From contig JAVCCK010000020.1 of NCBI GenBank assembly GCA_030765525.1, positions 177,286-241,285 of the forward strand: 64,000 nt of DNA. The letters are read 5' to 3'. The stretch's first letter is position 1, and each line of letters begins with the position of its first letter. The position numbers were made by a program, and so were the translations under genes. The stretch is from Candidatus Lernaella stagnicola (GTDB taxonomy: Bacteria > Lernaellota > Lernaellaia > Lernaellales > Lernaellaceae). Shown one piece after another: positions 1 through 10,212 of this stretch. The notes beneath the pieces were generated by a model. The model was not told where the DNA came from. It was given only the letters and a program-made list of their open reading frames with translations, and searched no databases.

Positions 1-1413
1 GCCAAAAACAGCGTCGTGCTGATCGCCGCCGAAGTCGTCAAGAAGATCCTCGGCGTGGTGACGAGCATACTCATTGCCCGCGCCCTGGCGGTCGACGATT
101 TCGGGCGGCTGCGCCTGGCGATGGCGCTCGTGGCGATTTTCGAAGTGCTCGCCAACTTCGGCCTCGGTCCCCTGTTGACCCGCGAAGTGGCCGGCACGCC
201 GGAAAAGGGCGGCGAGACCTTCGGCTTGGTGCAGGGCATCAAGATGATTCTCGGGCTGTTGGCGGCTGCGGGGATGATCGGCTTTGCCGTGGTCAGCGGC
301 TACGACGGCGCGACGCTGATCGCGGTGATCGTGGCGGCGGGCATCGTGTGGTTCAGCGCGTTGGAAGCCAGCGCGATCTCGCTGCTGGACGGCTATCAGA
401 GCATGGGATGGTCCTCGGCAATCGGCGTGGTGCGCTCGACCTTGGTGTTGTTGGCGGTAGCCGTGGCGTTAGGCCGACACGGGGCATTGTACGGCGTGGT
501 GGGCGCTTATTTGTTCGCGGCGGTGTTCAGCGCGGGGTTCGGCAATTTGCTGGTGGCGGGACGACTGCGCGGCGTTTCTATTCGCCCGCGGCTGGTTGGG
601 GCGTGGCGGCAGATGCGTCAAGCGCTGCCGTTTTTGCTGATCGGCGTCGTATGGATGCTGCTTTTCCGCATCGACACGATCATGCTCGAGGCGTTGAAGA
701 ACGAGCAAAGCGTCGGCTTATACAGCAGTGGTTACGTGTTTTTCGAACTGTTGCTGGTCGTGCCGATTCTTTCGACGCGCGCGCTTTTTCCGGCCCTCAC
801 CGAGGCTCGTGCGACTTCGCCGGAGCGGTGGCGCGAGTTGATGGGCGCCGCGTTGCGGATCTATTGGATACTGGCACTGCCCATAGCAATCGGCAGTTTT
901 TTCGTGGGCGCGCGCTTCGTGCCGTTGTTGTACGGCGCCAAATATGCGGCGGGCGGATACGTCGTGCCGTTGCTGGGCAGTTACATTTTCTTGTGGTTCG
1001 GTACGATGACCGTGGGCTGGGCGCTTTCGGCGGCGGATCGTTTGGGCCTGGTGCTGCGCGGCAACGTGTTGGCGATGCTCGTGAATATCGCGGCCAATTT
1101 TTTGTTGATCCCACGGTTTGATTTCTTCGGCGCGGCCGTGGCGACGATCATCAGTGAAGCTGTGTTGCTGACGTACTTCCTCATCGTGCTGCGCCGGGAG
1201 GAAGGCGGGCTGCCGCGAGGGATTTTCCCGTGGCGGGCGTTACCGGCGGCAGCGGTGTTGGTGGCGGCGACCGCGGCGCTGCGATCGTTTCATCTGGCGC
1301 TGGTCATCATCGTCGGCGCGGTGTTATACCTGGGAGGCATTTGGGCGCTGGGCGCCCTGCGCGACCAGGAACTGGAAATCATCCGCCGACTCGTGAGGCG
1401 CAAACCGAGGTGA
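1..1413 (+). CDS. Polysaccharide/oligosaccharide flippase, MOP superfamily (Wzx-like); 5' end probably runs off the window
   Basis: ORF 16..1413 stays open in frame back to position 1; multi-pass hydrophobic protein; N-terminal ...ILIARALAVDDFGRLRL... segment typical of Wzx-type polysaccharide transporters. Confidence 0.65.
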   Translation, partial: AKNSVVLIAAEVVKKILGVVTSILIARALAVDDFGRLRLAMALVAIFEVLANFGLGPLLTREVAGTPEKGGETFGLVQGIKMILGLLAAAGMIGFAVVSGYDGATLIAVIVAAGIVWFSALEASAISLLDGYQSMGWSSAIGVVRSTLVLLAVAVALGRHGALYGVVGAYLFAAVFSAGFGNLLVAGRLRGVSIRPRLVGAWRQMRQALPFLLIGVVWMLLFRIDTIMLEALKNEQSVGLYSSGYVFFELLLVVPILSTRALFPALTEARATSPERWRELMGAALRIYWILALPIAIGSFFVGARFVPLLYGAKYAAGGYVVPLLGSYIFLWFGTMTVGWALSAADRLGLVLRGNVLAMLVNIAANFLLIPRFDFFGAAVATIISEAVLLTYFLIVLRREEGGLPRGIFPWRALPAAAVLVAATAALRSFHLALVIIVGAVLYLGGIWALGALRDQELEIIRRLVRRKPR

Positions 1414-1448
1414 TACAACAAGACCCCCTCCGCCGCCTGCAAAAGCGC

Positions 1449-2867
1449 ATGGGCTCATTCGCGCCCGTTCTGCTGCTGATTCTGTTTTGCGCGCTGCTGG
1501 GCATCGTATTGCTCAAGGTGCCTTGGTATTTCGTGATCGCGGGCTTCGTCGTGATCCTCGTGGCGTTGGCCGTGGTCGCCGAGCCTTACTACGGCGTGCT
1601 GCTCTACCTCATTTTGCTGTATGTGCGACCGGGCGATATGTTCCACGCCCTGACGCCGCTTCGCCTGACTTTGTTGGGCGTGTTGCTGCTGACCGGGGCG
1701 TTCGTGTTGCAGGTGCTGGTGTATCGACGGGTCAAGCCGATCATGAGCAAGCCGTTGGTTTTCATGGGTCTGTTTTTCTTGGTGATGCTCTGCTCGCTGC
1801 CGGGCAGTTTCTATCGCAGCGTGACACTTAGCAAAGTGATGGAAGTCGCGCGCATTGTCTACATGACCTATCTGATCGTTCACCTAGTACAGACAGTGTC
1901 GCAGGCACGGCGGTTTATGACGACCATGGTGCTGGTTATGGCGGGGTTGTCGACGACAATTTTCTTGCGCTTCGTGCTGTTTCCGGACACCCACATCGAA
2001 GGCAAGGGCGGTAGCGGCGGGATTGCCGGCGGATTCCTGGGCGACGGGAACGATTTCGCTTTGGCGCAAAACGTGATCCTGCCGTGGGCTATCGCGCTGG
2101 TCGGCACGACGCGCAGCAAGATCGGCAAGTTGTTTTTTATGTATTGCATCGTCATCGGGGCGCTCGCGGTGATCGTGACCTATTCCCGCGGCGGTTTCTT
2201 GGGCCTGATCTCGGTGTTCATTTTCTATTACCTGCTTTGGGTGATCCGCAACCGCGCCTACGCCCGTGGCATGATGCTGGGCTTGATCGCCGTCACGTTG
2301 ACGGTTGTCGCCTTTATCGCCTTTGCCCCCGACGATCTCAAGGATCGCGTGTCGGGCATTCAGGATTACGAGGAGGACGAAAGCGCGTTGGGCCGGCTCG
2401 ATGCGTGGGGCGCCAGCGTTCGTATGTTCGTGGATCATCCGCTTTTCGGCGTCGGGGCCGGCGCGTTTGCCACAGCGTACGGAACGAAATATTTCCCCCC
2501 GGACGCCGTGGCGAGCAACTGGCGAGAGGCGCACAGTGTGTTTTTCCAGGTGCTGGGCGAGTTGGGAATTTCGGGGATTATTATCCTGTATGCGTTGGTC
2601 GGCGCCATTTTCTTCTTGGTGTACGGGCTGCGTTTTACGCGACTGGCTGATCGAGGCGAAGACGAGTGGTTTCACGCGGCCCGCGCCGCGGTGTTGATCA
2701 GCATTTGCGGTTGGCTCGTGTCGAGTATGTTTCTATCCGTGGCCTATTATCCGCATTTGTTCCTGTTGACCATGCTGGCCACGACGCTCAAGCGCATCGC
2801 GGTCGAGACGCCGCCGCTGATTCCGGAGTTCGTGGACGAGATCGAGGAAATCGATGAGATTGTATGA
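1449..2867 (+). CDS. O-antigen ligase/polymerase-like membrane protein (Wzy_C-type)
   Basis: Multi-TM protein with a large periplasmic loop. Start moved from 1230 to ATG 1449 (MGSFAPVLLL...), which removes the overlap with the flippase. Confidence 0.6.
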   Translation: MGSFAPVLLLILFCALLGIVLLKVPWYFVIAGFVVILVALAVVAEPYYGVLLYLILLYVRPGDMFHALTPLRLTLLGVLLLTGAFVLQVLVYRRVKPIMSKPLVFMGLFFLVMLCSLPGSFYRSVTLSKVMEVARIVYMTYLIVHLVQTVSQARRFMTTMVLVMAGLSTTIFLRFVLFPDTHIEGKGGSGGIAGGFLGDGNDFALAQNVILPWAIALVGTTRSKIGKLFFMYCIVIGALAVIVTYSRGGFLGLISVFIFYYLLWVIRNRAYARGMMLGLIAVTLTVVAFIAFAPDDLKDRVSGIQDYEEDESALGRLDAWGASVRMFVDHPLFGVGAGAFATAYGTKYFPPDAVASNWREAHSVFFQVLGELGISGIIILYALVGAIFFLVYGLRFTRLADRGEDEWFHAARAAVLISICGWLVSSMFLSVAYYPHLFLLTMLATTLKRIAVETPPLIPEFVDEIEEIDEIV

Positions 2868-3888
2868 ACTAACCGATGCCAACCGCCACCGCTGGGACGC
2901 CTGGCTGGGGGGGCAACCCACGAGCACGGTGTTTCACTGTACGGCGTGGCGGGACATCATCGCCGAGACCTTGCGGCATCAGCCGGTGTACCTCGTGGCG
3001 CAGGCGGGGGAGGAGATACAGGGCGTCTTGCCGCTGTTTATTTTGCGGACGCGCTTGTTCGGCAACATGGCCGTGAGTATGCCTTTCCTGAACTACGGCG
3101 GTGTTGTCGCGGCGCAGGAAGAAGCGGCGGAGGCGCTGATGCGGCGGGCGCGTGAAGTGGCTGAGCGCTACGGCTGCAACTACGTGGAATACCGCCACCG
3201 GCATCTTCCGCCCGGCACCGAAGATTTGCCGACCAATACGTTCAAGGTGACCAGCATTCTCGACCTGAGCGGCGGTGTTGAGCGCGTGTGGAAAGAAGCG
3301 CTGCACCAAAACGTGCGGAACAAGGTGCGCAAAGCCGCGAAGAACGATGTGGTAGTACGGCGGGGCGTCGAACATCTGGATGCGTTCTACCGCGTGTTTG
3401 CGGTCGGGCAACGAAATCACGGCACGCCGGTCTTGCCGCGCCGGTTTTTCGCGAAGATTGTCGAGCAGTTCGGCGACGCGGCCCATGTGTACGCCGCGTA
3501 CCACGGGGCAGAGGCGATCGGCGGCAAGCTGACGATCGATTTCGGCTCGACGCGGTATTTCATTTGGTCGGCCAGCCGGCGCGAGGCGAACCGAATGGCC
3601 CCCGTGCCGGCGATGAACTGGCGGGCGATTCAAGACGCCGTCGATATCGGCTTGCAGACGGTCGATTTCGGTCGTTCGACACAGGGCACGTCGAGTGAAA
3701 AATTCAAGAAACACTGGGGCGTCGAAACCCAGCAGCTTTATTGGCAGTACCAACTGATTCACACCGAGCAGATGCCGGGCCTGAATACGAGCAACCCGAA
3801 ATTCGAGTTGGCGATTCGTGCTTGGAAGAAACTGCCGGTGTGGCTGACAACCCTTATCGGGCCGCCGCTGGCGCGGCTGTTGCCGTGA
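2854..3888 (+). CDS. FemAB-family/GNAT-like acyltransferase, of the kind found in EPS (PEP-CTERM-type) loci
   Basis: 344 aa; size and N-terminal region resemble FemAB-related acyltransferases; sits between ligase-like and aminotransferase genes. Confidence 0.5.
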   Translation: MRLYELTDANRHRWDAWLGGQPTSTVFHCTAWRDIIAETLRHQPVYLVAQAGEEIQGVLPLFILRTRLFGNMAVSMPFLNYGGVVAAQEEAAEALMRRAREVAERYGCNYVEYRHRHLPPGTEDLPTNTFKVTSILDLSGGVERVWKEALHQNVRNKVRKAAKNDVVVRRGVEHLDAFYRVFAVGQRNHGTPVLPRRFFAKIVEQFGDAAHVYAAYHGAEAIGGKLTIDFGSTRYFIWSASRREANRMAPVPAMNWRAIQDAVDIGLQTVDFGRSTQGTSSEKFKKHWGVETQQLYWQYQLIHTEQMPGLNTSNPKFELAIRAWKKLPVWLTTLIGPPLARLLP

Positions 3889-3894
3889 GTGAAT

Positions 3895-5109
3895 ATGCGT
3901 AAGTTGCCGCCGGTTGGAACGCGTTTGCATTGGCAGGAACTGTGGGCGGCGTTGCGTGAAACGCCGGACGCCGAGGCGATCTTCGCCGAAGCGCTGCGGG
4001 AGCGGATTCCGTGCGAGGAAGTTTTCTTTTTCGGAAGCGGCCGCGCGGCGTTGGCGGCGATTCTTTCGGCGCTGCGTTCCATTCGCGAAGGTGACCGCGT
4101 CATCGTGCCCGCGTATACCTGTTGGTCGGTGCCCGCGGCGATCGTGCGGGCGGGAATGCGCGTGCTGCCGGTCGACATCAAACCGGGTGAGATCGACTAC
4201 GACTTCGAGCGCTTAGGGCAATTGGATTGGCGCGGCGTAACGGCGGTCGTATCGCCGAACCTGTTCGGGCTGCCCGGTGATCTGGATCGACTGGCCGCAT
4301 TGTGCCAAGCCCATGGCGCGACGTTAATTGACGACGCGGCGCAGTCACTGGGCGCGTCGGTCGGGGGCCGCCCGGTGGGATCGTTCGGCGCGGCGGGGAT
4401 CGTCAGCTTCGGGCGGGGCAAGAACATCACGGCCTTGGGTGGCGGCGCGGCGCTCGTGCGTGACGAGCAGTTACGTGCCGCGCTGGCCGAAAGTGCCGAC
4501 GCATTCCGTGACGGCCCGGCGCCGAGCGCCTGGGAAGTGGTCGCGAAGGGCGGCGCCATGAGCGTGGCGCTATCTCCCAATCTGTTTGCGCTGGCCGAGC
4601 AATTGCCGGGCGTGGAAGTCGGGCGCACAGTATTTGACCCGGAATTCGCGACGCCGGCGCTCGGGGCCGCGCGGGCGGCTTTGGGCGCGGCGGTGCTCGA
4701 GCGGCTGCCGGAACTGAATAAACAGCGAGCGAATCTGGTGCGGTGGATCGACCAAATCTTACGAAGCAAGAAAGGCGTCATTCTGCCGATGCCGCGTACC
4801 GGCGCGGCGCCGGCGTGGTTGCGGCGGCCGATTCTAACCCAAGAGATCGGCAAGCGTGACGCGCTGCTCGCGGCGCTGATACAAGCCGGCATTGGCGCAA
4901 CGGCAATGTATCCGGACCCTGTGGCGGCCATCAAGGAACTGGAACCCGATCTGGATTTGCGCGGCGCGCCTTTTCCCGGCGCGAAGCGGTTTGCCCGAAG
5001 CGTGATTGTTCTGCCACTGGTGGAGTCGTTGACGAAGGAAGACCTAAAAGCGTTGTCGCACGCCGTCACCGACGTAATGGGCAAGAAAGTAGGCGAACGA
5101 TGGGCGTGA
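3895..5109 (+). CDS. DegT/DnrJ/EryC1/StrS-family PLP-dependent aminotransferase
   Basis: GDRVIVPAYTCWSVPAAIVRAG and SFGRGKNITALGGG motifs match the DegT family. ATG 3895 preferred over GTG 3889. Confidence 0.55.
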   Translation: MRKLPPVGTRLHWQELWAALRETPDAEAIFAEALRERIPCEEVFFFGSGRAALAAILSALRSIREGDRVIVPAYTCWSVPAAIVRAGMRVLPVDIKPGEIDYDFERLGQLDWRGVTAVVSPNLFGLPGDLDRLAALCQAHGATLIDDAAQSLGASVGGRPVGSFGAAGIVSFGRGKNITALGGGAALVRDEQLRAALAESADAFRDGPAPSAWEVVAKGGAMSVALSPNLFALAEQLPGVEVGRTVFDPEFATPALGAARAALGAAVLERLPELNKQRANLVRWIDQILRSKKGVILPMPRTGAAPAWLRRPILTQEIGKRDALLAALIQAGIGATAMYPDPVAAIKELEPDLDLRGAPFPGAKRFARSVIVLPLVESLTKEDLKALSHAVTDVMGKKVGERWA

Positions 5110-6128
5110 AAGGACAGTTGCGCCGCATAGCGGCAGGCGTGGTCGGCGGCCTGGGAATGGGCCGCAGGATCGCGGGCTGGCTGGACTGTCACGCGGCCAT
5201 TTTGGCTTATCATCGGGTGTTGGATCCGGAGCGGCACGATGTGGAGGCCGTCGAGCCGGGAATGTTCGTGACGCGCGAGACCTTCGCGGCGCACGTCGAG
5301 TTATTGCAGCAGCGCTTTCGCGTGGTGTCGTTGTCGGATTTGGTGCGGAAGCATTTGACCGGCGAGCCGGTCGAGTCGGGTACCGTGGCTGTTACGTTTG
5401 ACGACGCGTGGCTGGACACCTACGAAGTGGCCCACCCCTTGCTGCGAGCGGCGGGCTTGCCTGCTACCGTGTTTGTGCCCACGGCGTTGGTGGACGACGG
5501 GCACCGGTTTTGGTTTTCGCACGCGGCGGCGGCGACGAAGAACCTCTGGGAAATGCGCGATAGCTTAGCGGCCGCGTTTCCAGAGGAGAATGTGCCGGCG
5601 ACGGCCGCCTTTCTTGTAGACCTCCTGGTGAGCAATCCACCGCGCACGGAGTACTTCCAGGCCATCTTGGGTGAGTTGAAGGAACTGTCGGACGCGCAAC
5701 GTACCGAGGTGATCACCTTCATCGAGGCCGTTACGGAAAAGAAGATCGAATTGCCTCCGGAGTTGGCGAGTTGGGAGCAACTGCGGCAAATGCATGCGGA
5801 GGGCTGGGAAATCGGCAGCCACACGGTCGGGCACCACATCCTCACGCAACTGAGCGCGGCGGAAGTGAAACACGAATTGGACGGAAGCAAGCGCGTGATC
5901 GAGCGCGAAATCGGCGAATCGCCGACCAACTTTTGCTACCCAAACGGCAATTACGATGAGCACACGAAGCGGGCCGTGCAGCGGGCCGGTTACGCGTGCG
6001 CGGTGACGACCGAAGCCGGTTTCGCCGACCCGCCAGCGGATTTGTTCGCCTTGCCGCGCCTGGGCGTCCACCAAGGCGTCGCGGCGACGGCCAACGGTCT
6101 GGAATTGTTGCTGTCGGGACTGGGGTAG
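5100..6128 (+). CDS. Polysaccharide deacetylase (CE4 family)
   Basis: VAVTFDDAWLDTYE...ATVFVPT (TFDD motif), GSHTVGHH metal-binding His motif; 10-nt overlap with upstream gene. Confidence 0.7.
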   Translation: MGVKGQLRRIAAGVVGGLGMGRRIAGWLDCHAAILAYHRVLDPERHDVEAVEPGMFVTRETFAAHVELLQQRFRVVSLSDLVRKHLTGEPVESGTVAVTFDDAWLDTYEVAHPLLRAAGLPATVFVPTALVDDGHRFWFSHAAAATKNLWEMRDSLAAAFPEENVPATAAFLVDLLVSNPPRTEYFQAILGELKELSDAQRTEVITFIEAVTEKKIELPPELASWEQLRQMHAEGWEIGSHTVGHHILTQLSAAEVKHELDGSKRVIEREIGESPTNFCYPNGNYDEHTKRAVQRAGYACAVTTEAGFADPPADLFALPRLGVHQGVAATANGLELLLSGLG

Positions 6129-6131
6129 GGG

Positions 6132-7496
6132 CTAACCTACGAGCTTGTTCAGATACACCAAGCTCGTCTTGATTCCCTTCACGAAATTATCGAGATCGAA
6201 ATGCTCGTTGGGCGCGTGGGCCTGTTCCGAGTTGAGCCCGAAGCCCATCAGCACCACCGGCTTGGTCATCATACGCGCCATGTCGGCGATGATCGGGATC
6301 GAACCGCCTTCGCGGGTGAAGACGCACTCGGCTCCGTACACTTCTTCCATTGCCTCGGCGGCCTTCCGCAGGGCCGGTTCAGTAAGCGGGCACAGGAATG
6401 GGAAGCCGCCGTGCATTTCGATGATCTTTACTTTCACCGATGGCGGCGTGTGTTTCTCGACGTGGCGGCGGAACAGTTCGCCGATCTTATGCGGATCCTG
6501 ATTCGGTACCAGGCGCATACTGACCTTGAGGCCGGCTTTGGCGGGCAGGACCGTCTTGGCGCCTTCTCCTTGGAAGCCACCCCAGATGCCGTTGGCGTCC
6601 AAGGTCGGGCGTGCGCCGAGGCGTTCCGCGGTCGTGAAGCCTGCTTCGCCGACTAACGCCGGTGCGGACGTTTCTTCGAGTACCCGTTCGTCACCGTTTG
6701 GCAGTTTGGCGTAGTTCGCTTGTTCTTCTTCGGTCACGTCGATGACATCGTCGTAGAAGCCCTCGATTGTGATGTGATGATCATCGTCTTTCATCGACGT
6801 GAGCAGCTTGGCCAATTCGTTGAGGGGATTGGCCACCGCGCCGCCGTAGCTGCCGGAGTGCAGATCGCCGTCGGCGGCTTCCATTTCCAACTGGAAATAG
6901 GCGAGTCCGCGCAGCCCGTAACTGATGGACGGCTGGCCCTTGGCAATCATGCTCGAATCGGAAACGAGGATGACATCGCAATCAAGCAGGTCTTTGTTAT
7001 CAGGCAACCACTCGGTGAGCGCAGGGCTGCCGACTTCTTCCTCGCCTTCGAAGAGTATTTTGATATTGACGGGCAATTCGCCGCGTAGTTTGAGTAGAGT
7101 TTCGAGTGCTTTGACGTGGGTGAATAGCTGGCCCTTGTCGTCGGTTGTGCCGCGCGCCCAGATGATACCGTCTTTGATGACCGGTTCGAACGGCGGGCTG
7201 TCCCAGAGTTCGAGAGGGTCGACCGGCTGCACGTCGTAATGCCCGTAGATGAGTACAGTCGGGGCGCCGGCGGGTCCTTCGTGGTGTGCGTACACGAGCG
7301 GCTTGCCGGTCGTGGGCAATACCTGCACGTTATTCAGGCCGATGCTTTTGAGGTGGTCGGCCAGCCACTGGGCGGTTTGCCGGCAGGCGTCTTCCTTGTC
7401 GGCGTCGGAGCTGATGCTTTCGAATCGCAAGAGTTCCTGGAGTTCTACTAGATAGGTCTCGAGGTTTTCGTCGACGTGTTTAAACAGGGTTTCCAT
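6132..7496 (-). CDS. M20-family metallopeptidase (dipeptidase/ArgE/DapE-like)
   Basis: YGHYDVQPVD...WARGTTDDKGQ...FEGEEEVGS motifs characteristic of M20 peptidases. Confidence 0.75.
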   Translation of the reverse strand: METLFKHVDENLETYLVELQELLRFESISSDADKEDACRQTAQWLADHLKSIGLNNVQVLPTTGKPLVYAHHEGPAGAPTVLIYGHYDVQPVDPLELWDSPPFEPVIKDGIIWARGTTDDKGQLFTHVKALETLLKLRGELPVNIKILFEGEEEVGSPALTEWLPDNKDLLDCDVILVSDSSMIAKGQPSISYGLRGLAYFQLEMEAADGDLHSGSYGGAVANPLNELAKLLTSMKDDDHHITIEGFYDDVIDVTEEEQANYAKLPNGDERVLEETSAPALVGEAGFTTAERLGARPTLDANGIWGGFQGEGAKTVLPAKAGLKVSMRLVPNQDPHKIGELFRRHVEKHTPPSVKVKIIEMHGGFPFLCPLTEPALRKAAEAMEEVYGAECVFTREGGSIPIIADMARMMTKPVVLMGFGLNSEQAHAPNEHFDLDNFVKGIKTSLVYLNKLVG

Positions 7497-7509
7497 GGCT
7501 CTCTCCAGA

Positions 7510-8739
7510 TCAATTAAGGGTCCACATATATTTCTTGGCGATAGCGACGTACGGCTTGGTCGAAAGCAAGTACAGCACGTAACCTGAGCCGCCGCCCATG
7601 ATAGAGCCGACGATTAAGCTGACGCCCATGGCGCTGAAGGTAATGCCGGGCACGGAGGTTGAGGCGAAATACGCCGTGAAGCCGAAGGCGATGCCAATCG
7701 CCGGCGCGAAGTAGGAATCGGCTCGCAACGGTCGGATCAAGTAGTCAATGAAACCGAAAATGAAGATGAATATCGCGCCGAGCAAGCTGATGATCAGGGG
7801 GAATTGGCGATCGTGGTACACCGCGTATTCGATATTCTCCGTCAAATCACCGCCGATTCGCGCCAACTGCATTTTGTATTCGCCGGGGCTGTCGACCCGC
7901 AGCGAGAAAAGCTTGGTCGTGTGGATCACATCAAGGTAACCGCGGCCGCGCTTACTCACGCGCCGCCGCTGGCGCTCTTGTTCGAATTTGCCCGGGAAGT
8001 TGTCGATTACGTCAAGTGTTTCCGGGGTCAGCAGGCGCATTTCGTACGTGCCGCTGAGTTTGTAGGTGCCGGCGCGTTGGACTTTCTTGGCTTCTTTTCC
8101 GGCCTTTTTCGCTTCCGCGACTTTTTCTTCCTCGTCGGCGAGCTTCTGCTGCTCGCGGTCCATTTCGGCGAAGTGCCCTTTCAAGTAAAGTGTGTACCGC
8201 GTACCGGGCAAATTGATCGTGCCGGTCCCCGCTGTGGCTTTGATCGTGCCTTCGGCGACAGGCTTTCCCCAATCGGCGGCAAAATGAACAGCCGCGCCGC
8301 AAATGAGCAACGAGACGGCGGCTCCGCCGAAGACGATGGCTTTAGCGAAGGGTTTGGTTAGCTGGCTTCGGTTCCGATAGACGGGCACGACGATGAAAAA
8401 CAATATCGTTGCGCCGCCTGCGATGAGCATGAAGACCCCATCGAGTTGAAGGCCGTCGAAGAGGCTGGCATCGTATTTCGTAACGAAATGGGAAACCAAA
8501 TACACGAGGAGCCAGGCTATGAACGGCACGATAACACTCGGCAGTTCGACGGCGGCCGCGATGCCTCGCTTAATTTTCGTGTCTTTGGCCTTTGGCGGCG
8601 TCGGGGTCGGCGGCGGAGGCTCGGGAGTCTGCGGCGGCGGATTCTCGGGAGTTTGCGGCGGCGGCGGTTGCTGAGCGCCGTTGGGTTGTTGTTTCTTCTT
8701 TTGAGAACGCTTGCCTTTTTTATCGCCCTTTTTTGCCAT
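7510..8739 (-). CDS. Hypothetical membrane protein with Lys/Pro-rich N-terminus
   Basis: 409-aa ORF; N-terminus KKGDKKGKRSQKKKQQ followed by a duplicated PPPQTPE motif; several predicted TM segments; no recognisable catalytic motif. Confidence 0.45.
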   Translation of the reverse strand: MAKKGDKKGKRSQKKKQQPNGAQQPPPPQTPENPPPQTPEPPPPTPTPPKAKDTKIKRGIAAAVELPSVIVPFIAWLLVYLVSHFVTKYDASLFDGLQLDGVFMLIAGGATILFFIVVPVYRNRSQLTKPFAKAIVFGGAAVSLLICGAAVHFAADWGKPVAEGTIKATAGTGTINLPGTRYTLYLKGHFAEMDREQQKLADEEEKVAEAKKAGKEAKKVQRAGTYKLSGTYEMRLLTPETLDVIDNFPGKFEQERQRRRVSKRGRGYLDVIHTTKLFSLRVDSPGEYKMQLARIGGDLTENIEYAVYHDRQFPLIISLLGAIFIFIFGFIDYLIRPLRADSYFAPAIGIAFGFTAYFASTSVPGITFSAMGVSLIVGSIMGGGSGYVLYLLSTKPYVAIAKKYMWTLN

Positions 8740-8868
8740 GTCGTGTCCCTATCGAGTAGAGCCGAACAAAACTCGGGTTCGTATGTGATTAGGGTCGGCA
8801 TAGTAGCGAGACCGTGGTAATTAATCCAGACAGTTTGCCAGAGTTTTCTGTTTTCCCGAAGGGAGCGC

Positions 8869-10212
8869 TTGGTGGCGATACATGGCGACCGACAGCCCAG
8901 GGTCTTGCTGGTAAACCCCTGGATTCACGATTTCGCGGCCTTCGATTTTTGGGCGCGACCGCTCGGCTTGCTCGTGCTGGGCGCGGTGTTGGAAAAAGCC
9001 GGCGCGCCGGTCCGCCTGCTGGATCTAACCGACCCGGTGTCGCCGTTCTTGCCCGAGGCGGCAAAACCAAGGCGGTCTCGGCCGGGCGCCGGGAAATTCG
9101 CCGCGCAACGTATCCCGCAGCCTGCGCCCCTTCCGCATATCGAGCGGCATTATCGACGATATGGATTGCCGCCGGAAGCGGCGGACGCGGCAGCGGCGGA
9201 ATTCGAGGTTCCCGACGCCGTATTCGTAACTTCGATGATGACCTATTGGTATCCGGGCGTGGCAGAAACGATTTCCTGGATCAAGCGAACGTGGCCCGGT
9301 GTGCCGGTGGTGTTGGGCGGCGTCTACGCTACGTTGCTACCGGAGCACGCGGCCCGATCGACCGGGGCCGATGTCGTGGCGACCGGCGGGATCGAGCAAT
9401 GTTGGAACCAAGTAACTGATATTACGGGAATCTCTTACGATATTGGGAGCGAGACGCCGCCGGCGGCGCATCACCTCAATCCGACGGCGGATTCGGCGCC
9501 GTTGATTACCTCGCGCGGGTGCCCCTTCGATTGTCCGTATTGCGGCGTGAAGGTAATTTGCCGCGATTTCGTGGCCTACGATCCGCAGCGCGTCGAGGAG
9601 GAAGTGCGCCAAATCGTGTTGGATTTGGGAATCCACGACATCGGTATTGTCGACGACGCCTTCCTATTCAATACGTCGCGAGCGTTGGATATTCTGGATC
9701 GCATTGCCTCGTTGGAGACGCCGGTCCGATTGCACGCGGTGTCCGGGTTGTCGTGCCGTGGGCTCACGCCGGAAGTGGCGCGGGGCATGAAGAAAGCCGG
9801 TTTCGCGACGCTACGTGTCGGTTTGGAGACCAGCGACGCCGCGCGGCAGAGCGATTGGGGCGGGAAAGTAACGACCGATGAGTTCGAGGGCGCGATTGCC
9901 GCGCTACGTGAGGCCGGTTTCGCGGCGAATCAAATCGGTGTGTACGTGTTGGCGGGGGCTCCGGGGCAGACGCGGCAGGAAATCGAAACTTCCGTGGACA
10001 CTGTGTTGGCCAGGGGAGTTCGCCCGCATTTGGCCGAGTATTCGCCGGTACCCGGTAGTCAGTGGTTTGAGGCCGCGCAGCGATCCTCACCCTACGATTT
10101 GGCGGAACCGTTGTTCCATAATCCGACCTTGATGCCTTGCGGGGGAGAGGAAATAACGCAGGCTGTGATGTGGGAAATCAAGAATCGAATCAACCAACAA
10201 GTCGCTAGGTGA
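8869..10212 (+). CDS. B12-binding domain radical SAM protein
   Basis: CxxxCxxC motif (RGCPFDCPYCG) preceded by a Rossmann-like B12-binding N-terminal region; TTG/GTG start at 8869/8872. Confidence 0.75.
   Translation: MVAIHGDRQPRVLLVNPWIHDFAAFDFWARPLGLLVLGAVLEKAGAPVRLLDLTDPVSPFLPEAAKPRRSRPGAGKFAAQRIPQPAPLPHIERHYRRYGLPPEAADAAAAEFEVPDAVFVTSMMTYWYPGVAETISWIKRTWPGVPVVLGGVYATLLPEHAARSTGADVVATGGIEQCWNQVTDITGISYDIGSETPPAAHHLNPTADSAPLITSRGCPFDCPYCGVKVICRDFVAYDPQRVEEEVRQIVLDLGIHDIGIVDDAFLFNTSRALDILDRIASLETPVRLHAVSGLSCRGLTPEVARGMKKAGFATLRVGLETSDAARQSDWGGKVTTDEFEGAIAALREAGFAANQIGVYVLAGAPGQTRQEIETSVDTVLARGVRPHLAEYSPVPGSQWFEAAQRSSPYDLAEPLFHNPTLMPCGGEEITQAVMWEIKNRINQQVAR

Noticed and set aside
2869-3930. 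353-aa ORF on the minus strand (also 4197..5294, 14843..15760, 37558..38727)
   Set aside because: Antisense to well-supported genes (FemAB-like, DegT, dtd/metG, sulfatase-like); Arg/Pro/Gly-rich composition typical of spurious ORFs in high-GC DNA.
8869-10212. RiPP biosynthetic cluster around the radical SAM gene
   Set aside because: No short precursor-peptide ORF, peptidase or transporter is adjacent; the neighbours are response regulators and a membrane protein.
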